Positions 10,574 to 20,786 of a DNA stretch of 64,000 bases are shown one piece after another. The position numbers were made by a program, and so were the translations under genes. Source of the DNA: Clostridia bacterium (GTDB taxonomy: Bacteria > Bacillota > Clostridia > TANB77 > CAG-508); assembly GCA_029258515.1 (NCBI GenBank), contig JARHYK010000002.1, positions 167,216 to 231,215 on the forward strand, given 5' to 3'. Below the pieces are notes generated by a model that had not been told where the DNA came from, ran no database searches, and saw only the letters and a list, made by a program, of their open reading frames with translations. Positions within the stretch are counted from its first letter, which is position 1. Every line of letters begins with the position of its first letter.

Positions 10574-11008
10574 ATGGAAAAAGTAACAATATATACAGAT
10601 GGTGCATGTTCAGGAAATCCAGGCCCTGGAGGTTGGGGTGCAATTTTGATGTATGGCGAAAATAAAAAGGAAATATCAGGAGGAAAAAATGATACAACAA
10701 ATAATGTAATGGAACTAACTGCAGCTTTGGAAGCATTAAAATTATTAAAATATGCTTGTGAAGTGGAACTATATAGTGATAGTGCATATTTGGTTAATGG
10801 TTTTGATAAAGGGTGGATATATGGCTGGAAGAAAAATAATTGGAAAACTTCTAGTAAAGAACCAGTTAAAAATAAAGAAATATGGGAAGAAATATATGAT
10901 TTAACAAAATTTCATAAAGTAAAATTTATAAAAGTTAAAGGCCATAGTGATAATGAGTATAATAATAGATGTGATGAATTAGCAAGAAATGCTATAAAGA
11001 AATTATAA
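10574..11008 (+). CDS. rnhA: ribonuclease HI
   Basis: [16 protein letters not shown] motif and overall RNase H fold. Confidence 0.85.
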   Translation: MEKVTIYTDGACSGNPGPGGWGAILMYGENKKEISGGKNDTTNNVMELTAALEALKLLKYACEVELYSDSAYLVNGFDKGWIYGWKKNNWKTSSKEPVKNKEIWEEIYDLTKFHKVKFIKVKGHSDNEYNNRCDELARNAIKKL

Positions 11009-11028
11009 CAAAGGAGGAATGTGTAAAG

Positions 11029-11820
11029 ATGGAGACATTTGCACAATATATATTAAATGAAAAAGCCTTGGGGTCTAAAATGGAAATAGTATATTATTTA
11101 GCTAAAAAGGAGAAAATATTTTTTGATAAATCTGTTATATTTAAAACAGAACTTTTAAGAATGTTTTTAAATAATTTGGAGTTAGGATTAGATAAAAATA
11201 TATTGTTAACTGCAAATTTATTAGCAAGTTGTAAAAAAATAGAAGTATCTGATGATTTAGAAAAAATTAAAGCTTTTTCAAAAGTAGGAGCAGAATATTT
11301 ATATAGTATAGGATTTGATGAGAAATTTTGTAAAATATGTGAAGGGATAAATAGATATACAAAGCAAGAAAAGAGGGAAAAAGAGAGCGATGTTTTAGAA
11401 TTAATTGATCAATTTGGTGGAATGATATTAGATAGACCAGAAAGAATAGGAATGAAGCCAGATGAAGCTTTAGTTATATTAGAACATAGAAATTTAAAAG
11501 GTCAATTTAATAGATATTTACAATCGTTTATTGATTTTATAAATGAGATAGAACAAATAACTATAAAACAAGATAGGGAAAGAACACCTATTGAATTATT
11601 GTTAAAACTATATAAAGAAACAGCTAATGAGAAAAGATATATTACAGCTGTTATTTACGAATATGAGCAGTTGGTTGATGAAGCTTTTTGTAAGGCAAGA
11701 GAGGGAAAAAATTGTGAAATTAGAAAAAATATGCTAGAATTAGAAAAAGGAAATCCAAATAGGTCATTATTTAGTGAAGAAACAACACAAAAAATAATAG
11801 GAAAATTGATAGAGAAGTAG
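11029..11820 (+). CDS. hypothetical protein
   Basis: 263 aa ORF tightly spaced before the EndoQ-like gene. No family recognised. Confidence 0.4.
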   Translation: METFAQYILNEKALGSKMEIVYYLAKKEKIFFDKSVIFKTELLRMFLNNLELGLDKNILLTANLLASCKKIEVSDDLEKIKAFSKVGAEYLYSIGFDEKFCKICEGINRYTKQEKREKESDVLELIDQFGGMILDRPERIGMKPDEALVILEHRNLKGQFNRYLQSFIDFINEIEQITIKQDRERTPIELLLKLYKETANEKRYITAVIYEYEQLVDEAFCKAREGKNCEIRKNMLELEKGNPNRSLFSEETTQKIIGKLIEK

Positions 11821-11837
11821 AGAAGGAAGGTAGATAA

Positions 11838-13025
11838 ATGTACGAAATATTTGCAGATTTACATGTTCACATTGGGAGGTCAGAAAGTGGTAAACCAATT
11901 AAAATAACTGCCGCTAGATCTTTGAATTTTGCGAATATAGCAAAGGAATGTGAAGCTAGAAAAGGAATACAAGTTGTAGGAGTTATTGATTGTGCGTCAC
12001 CATATGTAATAGAAGATATCGAAAAATTTTTAAGTAATGGCGATGCTTATGAGCTAAAAGATGGTGGAATAATATATAAAGATAAGGTTTGTATATTATT
12101 GGGAAGTGAAGTAGAAACATCAGAAAAAGGAAGAAATGGAAAGAGTGGTAGTGCTCACAATATTTGTTTTTTTCCGTATTTGGAAGATATAAAAGGTTTT
12201 TCAAAAGAGATGAGTACACATATAAAAAACATAACATTAAGTACTCAAAGGTCAAATGTTTCTGGATATGAATTAATAGATATAGTAGAAAAATATAATG
12301 GTATTTTGATTCCAGCACATGTTTTTACACCACATAAGAGTTATTATGGAAATTGTGTAGATAGTTTAAAAGAAATTTTCAGGGAAAAATATGATAAAGT
12401 ATTTGCAATAGAATTAGGATTAAGTTCAGATACTATGTTAGCAGATATGATATCAGAATTGGAAAATAAGACATTTTTGACAAATTCTGATGCTCATTCT
12501 CTTCCTAAAATTGCAAGAGAATATACTAAGATGTTAGTAGAAGATATATCATTTAAAGAAGTTGTAAAAGCTTTAAAAAATGAAGATGGAAGAAGAATTA
12601 TTGCTAATTATGGGTTAGATCCAAAACTTGGAAAATATCATAGGACATATTGTGATAATTGTGAAAAAACTATAGAAACTAAAGAACCAGTTAATAAATG
12701 TCCTTATTGTGGAAGTGAAAAGGTTACTTTTGGTGTTTTTGATAGGATAGAATTAATAAAAGATAAAAAAGAAAGTAAAAGTCCTAAAGATAGACCACAA
12801 TATATTTATCAAGTACCACTTGGATTTATTCCAGGTGTAGGAGGAAAAACTATTGAAAAATTATTAGATACTTTTGAAACCGAAATGAATATTTTACATA
12901 AGCTTTCAAAAGATGATATTGAAGCTGTGGTTGGAGAAAAAATTGCAAATAAGATTGATGAAGCAAGAAGAGGTAAATCAAAAGTTCATTCTGGTGGTGG
13001 AGGAAACTACGGAAAAATAGAATAG
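11838..13025 (+). CDS. PHP-domain protein, endonuclease Q-like (TIGR00375 family)
   Basis: N-terminal ADLHVHIGRS metal-binding motif of PHP domains. C-terminal zinc finger CDNCEK...CPYCG as in EndoQ. Confidence 0.5.
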   Translation: MYEIFADLHVHIGRSESGKPIKITAARSLNFANIAKECEARKGIQVVGVIDCASPYVIEDIEKFLSNGDAYELKDGGIIYKDKVCILLGSEVETSEKGRNGKSGSAHNICFFPYLEDIKGFSKEMSTHIKNITLSTQRSNVSGYELIDIVEKYNGILIPAHVFTPHKSYYGNCVDSLKEIFREKYDKVFAIELGLSSDTMLADMISELENKTFLTNSDAHSLPKIAREYTKMLVEDISFKEVVKALKNEDGRRIIANYGLDPKLGKYHRTYCDNCEKTIETKEPVNKCPYCGSEKVTFGVFDRIELIKDKKESKSPKDRPQYIYQVPLGFIPGVGGKTIEKLLDTFETEMNILHKLSKDDIEAVVGEKIANKIDEARRGKSKVHSGGGGNYGKIE

Positions 13026-13138
13026 AAAGATTAAGAAAATTTTAAATAATAAATATTTTATTGTTTATAGTAATAAAAAACTTCTTATTGAATACACATT
13101 AGGTAGAATATATGTGTAAATAAGGAGTTTTTTGTTTT

Positions 13139-13777
13139 ATGAAAGAAGTCAAAAGAAATAGATATTTAGAGATACTAAAAGATTATGTGATAAATAATTA
13201 TAAGGAATATTTAATAATAGTTATATTTTTTATTTTAGGAATATTTTTAGGTGTATTCTTTGTTAATAATATTGATGAGGAAAAAAGAATAGAGATTCAT
13301 AATTATTTAAGTAGTTTTATAACTGATTTTAAAAATATTGAGAATTTAGATTTAATGGATATTTTAAAAATAAGTATTAAAGATAAAATTGGGCTAACAT
13401 TAGGAATATGGTTTTTTGCAACTACAATTATAGGAATACCAATAGTGTTTGGGATAGTTGCACATAGAGGGTTTTGCCTAGGATATACGATATCTTCTAT
13501 TATTTCACTTATGGGATTTAATAAAGGATTTTTGTTTATTATAATATCTTTGGTAGGGCAAAATATAATATTTATACCAATATTAATATCGTTGGCTGTA
13601 AGTGGTTTTAAATTTTATAAAGCTATTTTAAAAGATAAGAGAAGAGAAAATATTAAAGTAGAATTTATAAGACATACGGTGTTTTCTATAGTTATGTTTA
13701 TAATTTTATGTTTATCAGCAATAATTGAAACATTTATATCTACAAATTTAATAAAAAGTTTTATAACGCATTTTTAG
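13139..13777 (+). CDS. spoIIM: stage II sporulation protein M-like membrane protein
   Basis: 212 aa polytopic membrane protein with SpoIIM-type topology and size, upstream of xerD. Confidence 0.55.
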   Translation: MKEVKRNRYLEILKDYVINNYKEYLIIVIFFILGIFLGVFFVNNIDEEKRIEIHNYLSSFITDFKNIENLDLMDILKISIKDKIGLTLGIWFFATTIIGIPIVFGIVAHRGFCLGYTISSIISLMGFNKGFLFIIISLVGQNIIFIPILISLAVSGFKFYKAILKDKRRENIKVEFIRHTVFSIVMFIILCLSAIIETFISTNLIKSFITHF

Positions 13778-13907
13778 AAAGGTTAGAAAAAATAAAAGTT
13801 AAAAAAGTCAAGAAAAAGTCAAAAATCTATTTACAATTTTAAAATAGTTTGATATAACATATATAGTTTATGTAAATAAAATATGAAATGAAGAGGTAGG
13901 GGGAAAA

Positions 13908-14789
13908 ATGGAAAGACAAATTAAACTATTTTTAAAATTTATAGAGACAGAAAAGAAGTTATCTAGTAATACTTTACAATCATACCAAAGAGATTTAAAA
14001 CAATTTGAGGATTATATAAATGATAATAAGGTGCTTTATACTCATGTACATGAAAAACATATTAAAAATTACATTGAGGAATTAGAAAAGGAAGGAAAAA
14101 AACCATCTACAATATCAAGAAATATAGCATCAATCCGTTCATTTTATTTATTTTTAGTAAGAAAATCAAAAGTAAAAGAAGATCCAACTGCAAATATTCA
14201 ATCACCTAAGATTGAAAAAAGAGTACCAAGTGTTTTAACTTCAAAAGAAGTAGAATTATTATTAGAACAACCTAAAACAGAAGATTTAAAAGGAATAAGA
14301 GATAAGGCAATGTTAGAATTTGCTTATGCGACAGGAATGAGAGTAACAGAAATTATTTCATTAAATATAGAAGATGCACATATAGATGAAAGTTATGTAG
14401 TTTGTAAAAATGGAAATAAACAAAGAACTATACCTCTAGGAAAATTAGCTCAAAAGGCATTAAAAGAATATATTGAAAAGTCAAGAAATATATTAATTAA
14501 AAATGATAAAGAACAAGCTTTATTTGTTAATATAAATGGAAGAAGATTAACAAGACAAGGTTTCTGGAAGATTATTAAATATTATAAAGAACAAGCTCAT
14601 ATTGAAAAAGATATAACACCACATGTATTAAGACATTCATTTGCAACACATTTATTGAAAAATGGAGCAGATTTAAAATCAATTCAAGTTATGCTTGGAC
14701 ATTCTGATATATCATCAACACAAGTTTATATGCAATTTCAAGATGATGGAATAAAAGATATTTATAAAAAAGCGCATCCACGTGCTTAA
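13908..14789 (+). CDS. xerD: site-specific tyrosine recombinase XerD
   Basis: Phage-integrase-family catalytic region with the conserved R...HxxR...Y pattern (LRHSFATHLL, HSDISSTQVY). The N-terminal SAM-like domain is typical of XerC/D. Confidence 0.8.
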   Translation: MERQIKLFLKFIETEKKLSSNTLQSYQRDLKQFEDYINDNKVLYTHVHEKHIKNYIEELEKEGKKPSTISRNIASIRSFYLFLVRKSKVKEDPTANIQSPKIEKRVPSVLTSKEVELLLEQPKTEDLKGIRDKAMLEFAYATGMRVTEIISLNIEDAHIDESYVVCKNGNKQRTIPLGKLAQKALKEYIEKSRNILIKNDKEQALFVNINGRRLTRQGFWKIIKYYKEQAHIEKDITPHVLRHSFATHLLKNGADLKSIQVMLGHSDISSTQVYMQFQDDGIKDIYKKAHPRA

Positions 14790-14895
14790 GAAGTTTTTTA
14801 TAATGTAAATAAAAATATTAAAGAAAGATAATTTTAAATTAAATTATCTTTTTTAATAGTAGAAGGAATTTTATATTGAAAAAATAAAAAATACT

Positions 14896-14930
14896 TGACA
14901 AATTTTAAAAATATGTTATAATATTTATTG
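14896..14930 (+). promoter_or_regulatory. sigma-A type promoter for the infC-rpmI-rplT operon
   Basis: TTGACA, a 16-nt spacer, then TATAAT. Confidence 0.5.
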
Positions 14931-14935
14931 TTACA

Positions 14936-15060
14936 AGAAGAAGTAATCAAACTTCTCACCTTATCAGATAGAAAAAGGTTAGATGAATAAGAAATAATAG
15001 CTTTATGCTAATTGTTTTTTGATGAGTTGACTTGTAACAAAAGTCAATTTTTTTTGTATG
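14936..15060 (+). promoter_or_regulatory. L20-responsive leader/attenuator of the infC operon
   Basis: Leader containing the hairpin TTGACTTGTAACAAAAGTCAA followed by T8. Position is analogous to the B. subtilis infC L20 autoregulatory leader. Confidence 0.4.
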
Positions 15061-15073
15061 GAGGTGTTTTAAT

Positions 15074-15583
15074 ATAAAACAAGAATTACCAATCAATGGT
15101 CAAATTAGAGAAAAAGAAATTCAATTAATAGGAGTAAATGGTGAAAAATTGGGTGTTATGCCAATTGATAAAGCTATGGAAATAGCTCAGAATGATAAGC
15201 TTGACTTAGTTTTAGTTGCACCAAATAGTAAACCAGTTGTTTGTAAAATTATGAATTACGGAAAATACAAATTTGAACAAGCTAAAAAAGAAAAAGAAGC
15301 TAAGAAGAAACAAAAAGTATTGGAAGTAAAAGAATTAAGAGTTACTCCAAATATTGAAGAACATGACTTTGGATTTAAAACTAAAAATGCAAGAAAATTT
15401 TTAGAAGCTGGAAACAAAGTTAAAATTACACTTAGATTTAGGGGAAGAGAAGTAAACAATGTTAAAGCAGGAGAAGTTATTTTAAATAAATTTATAGAAG
15501 AACTTGAAGATATTGCAACAGTGGAGAAAAAACCTAAATTAGAAGGTAGAAATATGTTTATAATTTTAGCTAAAAAAGCATAA
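15074..15583 (+). CDS. infC: translation initiation factor IF-3 (non-AUG, AUA/AUU start)
   Basis: The in-frame translation upstream of the ORF-track ATG continues IF-3 homology (IKQELPINGQIREKEIQLIGVNGE). A GGAGGTG RBS lies 7 nt before the ATA at 15074. Confidence 0.85.
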   Translation: MKQELPINGQIREKEIQLIGVNGEKLGVMPIDKAMEIAQNDKLDLVLVAPNSKPVVCKIMNYGKYKFEQAKKEKEAKKKQKVLEVKELRVTPNIEEHDFGFKTKNARKFLEAGNKVKITLRFRGREVNNVKAGEVILNKFIEELEDIATVEKKPKLEGRNMFIILAKKA

Positions 15584-15613
15584 TAAATATAAATCGAAAG
15601 GGAGGAATTAAAA

Positions 15614-15817
15614 ATGGCAAAACTTAAAACAAATAAAGCTGCTAGTAAAAGATATAAATTAACAGCAACAGGAAAAGTTAAAAGAACAAAAGCAAATAGA
15701 AAGCATTTATTTGCAAATAAAACAAGAAGACAAAAAAAATCAGGAAGAGTACAAAATGCTTATGCTGATAAATCATGTGAGAAAAATATCAAAAAATTAT
15801 TACCATATGGTGGATAA
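15614..15817 (+). CDS. rpmI: 50S ribosomal protein L35
   Basis: 67 aa basic protein beginning MAKLKTNKAASKRYK. Confidence 0.85.
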   Translation: MAKLKTNKAASKRYKLTATGKVKRTKANRKHLFANKTRRQKKSGRVQNAYADKSCEKNIKKLLPYGG

Positions 15818-15867
15818 TTTGTAACAAAATTTAGAATTTAAAAGAATAATTAAGGAAGGTGAAAAAA

Positions 15868-16218
15868 ATGGCAAGAGTAAAAACAGCAAGAACAACAAGA
15901 GCAAGACATAAGAAAATATTAAAACAAGCTAAAGGATATTATGGTGCAAAACACTATAGATTTAGAAATGCTAATCAAGCAGTAATGAAGTCATTATCAT
16001 ATGCATATGTAGGAAGAAAGGATAGAAAAAGTAATTTTAGAAAATTATGGATAGCAAGAATAAATGCTGCAGCTAGAATGAATGGTACAACATATAGCAA
16101 AATGATAGCAGGACTTAAAAAAGCAAATGTAGAAATAAATAGAAAAATGCTTGCAGATTTAGCAGTTACAGATGCAAAAGCATTTAGTGAATTAGCTGAA
16201 ATATCAAAAAAAGCATAG
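15868..16218 (+). CDS. rplT: 50S ribosomal protein L20
   Basis: L20 homology beginning [25 protein letters not shown] present. Confidence 0.9.
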   Translation: MARVKTARTTRARHKKILKQAKGYYGAKHYRFRNANQAVMKSLSYAYVGRKDRKSNFRKLWIARINAAARMNGTTYSKMIAGLKKANVEINRKMLADLAVTDAKAFSELAEISKKA

Positions 16219-16235
16219 ATAATATAAGGAAAAAC

Positions 16236-16263
16236 GGATAGATATAAAATCTATCCGTTTTTT
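16236..16263. terminator. bidirectional rho-independent terminator
   Basis: Hairpin AACGGATAGATATAAAATCTATCCGTT followed by T-runs on both sides. Confidence 0.7.
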
Positions 16264-16264
16264 G

Positions 16265-16447
16265 TTACAACAGGTTATTTTTCTTAATAAATTCAAGAAT
16301 TTGTTGTTCGGTTTCAGGTAATACTTCCCGAACAAACTTGATATCGCCATCTGAAGTGATGAAGGCGATTTCTTCTCCATTGTCATCAAAGATAGGAGTG
16401 TAAGAAACTCCAGATTTGTAAGAAAATTTATCGCGTTTTTTTCCCAT
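16265..16447 (-). CDS. small hypothetical protein (60 aa)
   Basis: AAAGGA RBS 8 nt before the ATG. Ends at the bidirectional terminator. Confidence 0.4.
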   Translation of the reverse strand: MGKKRDKFSYKSGVSYTPIFDDNGEEIAFITSDGDIKFVREVLPETEQQILEFIKKNNLL

Positions 16448-16624
16448 ATGTTATTCCTTTCTGCAAATTTGCTGAAAAAAGAATATTACTACTCTTGTTA
16501 CACCATCTAGATGGCTAATTTACATAAATATTATAATATAAGCTTTAAAAAAAGTCAATAATTACTGGAAAAAAAACTTTATTTATGATAAAATGTTGAA
16601 AAATATTGAGATGAGGTAGAAAAT

Positions 16625-18004
16625 ATGCCAGTTGAAAAAAATAAAGAATATATAGTAGACATAGTAGATAATGGATTTGAAGGTGAAGGAATAGCTAAAA
16701 TTGATGGTTTTACAATATTTATTCCTAATGCACTTAAAGGTGAGAAAGTCAAAATTTTAATAGTTAAAGTTCTTTCTTCACATGCTTTTGGTAAAATAGT
16801 GGATATTATTGATAAATCAGAATATAGAGTAGAGGCAGATTGCAGCACATATAAAAGATGTGGTGGATGTTCTTTAAGACATGTAACATATGAAGAAACT
16901 TTAAAAATTAAACAAAATAAAGTTCAAAATTTAGTAAATAAAACATTAAAAGACAAGTTAGAAGTTGGAGAAACTTTAGGAATGGAAGAACCATATTATT
17001 ACAGAAATAAAGTGCAATTTCCAGTGGGAAAAGATAAAAATGGTATTCCTAAATTAGGTGTATTTGCAAATAGAACACATGAAATTATTCCAGTTGAAAA
17101 ATGTATGATTCAAAATCAAAAATCAGAAGAAATTGCTAAAAATATTTTTGATTTTCTGATAAAAGAGCATATAAGTATCTATGATGAGAAGGAAAGAAAA
17201 GGATTATTAAGACATATTGTTATAAAAGTTGGTGTAAAAACTAATCAGTACATGTGTATTATTGTTATAAATGGGAAAAAATTGTTAAATGATAGAAAAG
17301 AAGAAATAGAAAAAAAATTAGAAGAATTTTTGGTAAAGAATTTTCCAGAAATTAAAACTAGTATAATTAATTCAAATATGGAAAATACAAATGTAATATT
17401 AGGAAAAGAAAATAGTGTGATTTTTGGGGATGGATATATTAATGATAAATTAGGAGATTATTATTTTAAAATATCACCATTTTCGTTTTATCAAGTAAAT
17501 CCTATTCAAACAGAAAAGCTATATGATTTAGCTGTAAAAAGTGCGGATATAACAAAAGAAGATATTGTTTTTGATTTATATTCTGGAATAGGTACTATTT
17601 CAATTTTTATGGCTAAATATGCCAAAAAAGTATATGGAATCGAAATTGTAAAAGAAGCAGTAGAGATGGCAAAAGAAAATGCTAAAATAAATAATATAGA
17701 AAATACAGAATTTATAGCAGGGGATGTAGAAGAAAATTTAGATGAATTAATAAATGAGAAAAATATTATTCCAGATATATTAATGATAGATCCACCAAGA
17801 AAAGGGCTAGATAGACATTCAATAGGAAACATAAGAAAAATAAAAGCTAAAAAAGTAGTGTATATTAGTTGTAATCCAGCTACATTAGTTAGAGATTTGG
17901 CTTTATTAGAAGATATATATGAAATAAGAAGTATTAAACCAGTTGATATGTTTCCATTCACAAGTCACGTAGAATGTGTAGGAAGTTTGGAAATAAAAAG
18001 ATAA
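16625..18004 (+). CDS. rlmD: 23S rRNA (uracil-C5)-methyltransferase RlmD/RumA family (TRAM domain plus SAM methyltransferase)
   Basis: TRAM domain at the N-terminus. Fe-S cysteine cluster CGGCSLRH. C-terminal methyltransferase motifs DLYSGIG and DPPRKG. Confidence 0.8.
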   Translation: MPVEKNKEYIVDIVDNGFEGEGIAKIDGFTIFIPNALKGEKVKILIVKVLSSHAFGKIVDIIDKSEYRVEADCSTYKRCGGCSLRHVTYEETLKIKQNKVQNLVNKTLKDKLEVGETLGMEEPYYYRNKVQFPVGKDKNGIPKLGVFANRTHEIIPVEKCMIQNQKSEEIAKNIFDFLIKEHISIYDEKERKGLLRHIVIKVGVKTNQYMCIIVINGKKLLNDRKEEIEKKLEEFLVKNFPEIKTSIINSNMENTNVILGKENSVIFGDGYINDKLGDYYFKISPFSFYQVNPIQTEKLYDLAVKSADITKEDIVFDLYSGIGTISIFMAKYAKKVYGIEIVKEAVEMAKENAKINNIENTEFIAGDVEENLDELINEKNIIPDILMIDPPRKGLDRHSIGNIRKIKAKKVVYISCNPATLVRDLALLEDIYEIRSIKPVDMFPFTSHVECVGSLEIKR

Positions 18005-18046
18005 TATAGTTTTAATTTGGTAAGTATTACTGAGGAGTGGAGAAAA

Positions 18047-18943
18047 ATGGAAAAAGTAAAAATATTTAGCACAGATAATTATGTATTGAATTTACATGTT
18101 TTTGAAGTAGAAAATCCTAAAGGATATATTCAAATTATTCATGGAATGGAAGAACATCAAGAAAGATATGAAAGGCTTATATTAGAATTAAATAAACAAG
18201 GGTATATGGTTATATCTTCAAATATGAGAGGACATGGAGAAGATGCACCAACACTAGGTTATTTTAAAGAAAAACAAGGGTATTTTTATTTATTAGAAGA
18301 CCAAAAGAAGATTACTAAATATATTTGTGATCGTTATAATATTACAAAGGTGATTCTTATTGCACATTCTATGGGAACAATTATTACTAGAAATTTATTG
18401 CAAACAGAATCAGATAAATATGAAAAAGTTATTCTTATAGGATATCCTTGTCCTCAAAAATTTGCTGATATAGGTTTATGGTTAACAAATATAATAAAAT
18501 TAGTTAAAGGACCTAAATATTATTCTAAGTTTATAGAAAAAATGTCAGTAGGTCAATTTAATAGAAAAATAGGAAAAACGAAAACTAATGTTGATTGGAT
18601 TAGTTTTAATGAAGATAATGTAAAAAAATATCAGGAAGATAAATATTGTGGTCATGGATTTAAGGTTTCTGCATATAATGATTTATTTCATTTAGTGAAA
18701 AATATGAGTAAGTTTAAAGCATATAAGGATGTAAATGTGAATATGCCATTACTTCTTTTAAGGGGAGATAGTGATCCTTGTACTGGCTATGATAAAGGTA
18801 GTCAAAAAAGTATTGATGTTTTAAAGAATGCAGGATTTAAAAATATTAAAATGATTAAATATGATCATATGAGGCATGAAATATTAAATGAATGTAATTA
18901 CAAAGATGTTCATAATGATATTATTAATTTTTTAGAGAAGTAA
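18047..18943 (+). CDS. alpha/beta hydrolase (lysophospholipase / monoacylglycerol lipase-like)
   Basis: HGMEEH...HSMGT nucleophile elbow. The start was reset to the ATG that has a GAGGAG RBS. Confidence 0.7.
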   Translation: MEKVKIFSTDNYVLNLHVFEVENPKGYIQIIHGMEEHQERYERLILELNKQGYMVISSNMRGHGEDAPTLGYFKEKQGYFYLLEDQKKITKYICDRYNITKVILIAHSMGTIITRNLLQTESDKYEKVILIGYPCPQKFADIGLWLTNIIKLVKGPKYYSKFIEKMSVGQFNRKIGKTKTNVDWISFNEDNVKKYQEDKYCGHGFKVSAYNDLFHLVKNMSKFKAYKDVNVNMPLLLLRGDSDPCTGYDKGSQKSIDVLKNAGFKNIKMIKYDHMRHEILNECNYKDVHNDIINFLEK

Positions 18944-19069
18944 TTAATATAAAATTATTAAATATTAACAAAGATATTGCAAAAATAAGTAAAAAATGAT
19001 AAAGATATATATATAATAGAATTGATTAATAATTTTATTTTAAAAATATAAAGAGAAAGGATGATTAAT

Positions 19070-19858
19070 ATGAAACTAGAAGGAAAAACAGCTGTTATAA
19101 CAGGAGGCGCAATGGGAAATGGTTTGGGAATAGTAAAAGTATTTTTAAAATATGGAGCAAAAGTTGTAATTTTGGATTATGATGAAAAAGTAGGAGAAGT
19201 TGTAGAAGATTTCAAAGCTAAAAATTATGAAGTAGAAGGATATAAAGTAGATATTAGAGATATAAATAGACTAAATGAAATTGCAAAAGATGTAGAAGTA
19301 AAATTTGGAAAAGTAGATATTATTGTAAATAATGCAGGAATATGTGTTTTAGATAGCTTTGAAAATACAAGTGATGAACTACGTGATAGACATTTTGATA
19401 TAAATATAAAAGGAACATGGAATGTAACAAAAGCATTTTTACCATTAATGAAAAAAGGAGAGAAAGGAGCAATTGTTAATTTATCAAGTGTAACAGGAGT
19501 ATCTGTTGCAGATGCAGGGGAAGTAGCATATGCAACAACAAAAGCTGCAGTATATGGATTTACAAAAGGATTAGCAATGGAACTTGTAAAAGATAATATA
19601 AGAGTAAATGCAATTTTACCTGGATATATAATGACACCAATGGTAGAAAAAATGGCAGTACAATCAAATGAAGAAAATCCACAAAGTGTTGTGGATGGAA
19701 TTGCAGGAGCAATACCTATGAATAGATTAGGAAAAGTGGAAGAATTAGGAGAACTTGCAGCATTTTTAGCAAGTGATGAATCAAGTTATATAACAGGACA
19801 AGGAATAGTGATAGATGGAGCATCAACACTTCCAGAAACTTTGACAATGGGAGTTTAA
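19070..19858 (+). CDS. SDR family oxidoreductase
   Basis: TGGAMGNG Rossmann motif and the YxxxK catalytic motif. Confidence 0.8.
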   Translation: MKLEGKTAVITGGAMGNGLGIVKVFLKYGAKVVILDYDEKVGEVVEDFKAKNYEVEGYKVDIRDINRLNEIAKDVEVKFGKVDIIVNNAGICVLDSFENTSDELRDRHFDINIKGTWNVTKAFLPLMKKGEKGAIVNLSSVTGVSVADAGEVAYATTKAAVYGFTKGLAMELVKDNIRVNAILPGYIMTPMVEKMAVQSNEENPQSVVDGIAGAIPMNRLGKVEELGELAAFLASDESSYITGQGIVIDGASTLPETLTMGV

Positions 19859-20110
19859 AAAAGAATAAATTAAAGCAAATGTTAATGGCAATGTACTTAA
19901 ATAAATGTGTATGTTGAAGAAAGTTAAAAAAATATAAAGAGTAAAAGAAAGTTTAAGATGAAAAAACATATAGTATTAAGGCCTTTTTATTATTTTTTAG
20001 GAAGTAAATTATCTAGCTACTAAAAAAATTTAAATTTTTTGAATTTGTCACTTACTTGTCACATTAGGTAGAGTATAATCAAAGTATAAAATTGAAAGGA
20101 GAAAACATTT

Positions 20111-20782
20111 ATGGAAATTTTGAAAGTAGAAAATTTAAGTAAAACTTATGGAAAAGGCACAACAGAAGTAAAAGCATTGGATAATGTTTCGTTTAAAGTT
20201 GAAAAAGGAGAATTTGTTGCAATAGTAGGAGCTTCTGGAAGCGGAAAATCAACATTATTACATCTAATAGGTGGAGTAGATAGACCAACTTCAGGTAAGG
20301 TGATTATAGAAGGAAAAGATATATATAAGTATAACAATGATGAACTTGCAATATTTAGAAGAAGGCAAGTAGGACTTATATATCAGTTTTATAATTTAAT
20401 ACCAATATTAAATGTTGAAGAAAATATAACACTTCCTTTGGATTTAGATAATAGAAAAATTGATAATTCAAAATTAAATGAATTATTAAAAACATTAGGA
20501 TTAGAAACAAGAAGAAAGCATTTACCGAATGAATTATCAGGGGGACAACAACAAAGAACATCAATTGGTAGGGCGATGATAACATCTCCTGCGATTATAC
20601 TTGCAGATGAACCAACAGGAAATTTAGACTCAAAAGCAAGTGATGAAATTGTAAGTTTGTTAAAAAAGTCAAATAAGGACTATAAACAAACAATAGTAAT
20701 GATTACACACAATTTAGAAATTGCAAAAATGGCAGATAGAGTTATAACACTTGAAGATGGAAAAATTGTTAAGGAGGTATAA
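20111..20782 (+). CDS. ABC transporter ATP-binding protein (MacB/BceA-like)
   Basis: Walker A motif GASGSGKST, signature LSGGQQQR and Walker B motif ILADEPT. Confidence 0.85.
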   Translation: MEILKVENLSKTYGKGTTEVKALDNVSFKVEKGEFVAIVGASGSGKSTLLHLIGGVDRPTSGKVIIEGKDIYKYNNDELAIFRRRQVGLIYQFYNLIPILNVEENITLPLDLDNRKIDNSKLNELLKTLGLETRRKHLPNELSGGQQQRTSIGRAMITSPAIILADEPTGNLDSKASDEIVSLLKKSNKDYKQTIVMITHNLEIAKMADRVITLEDGKIVKEV

Positions 20783-20786
20783 AAAG

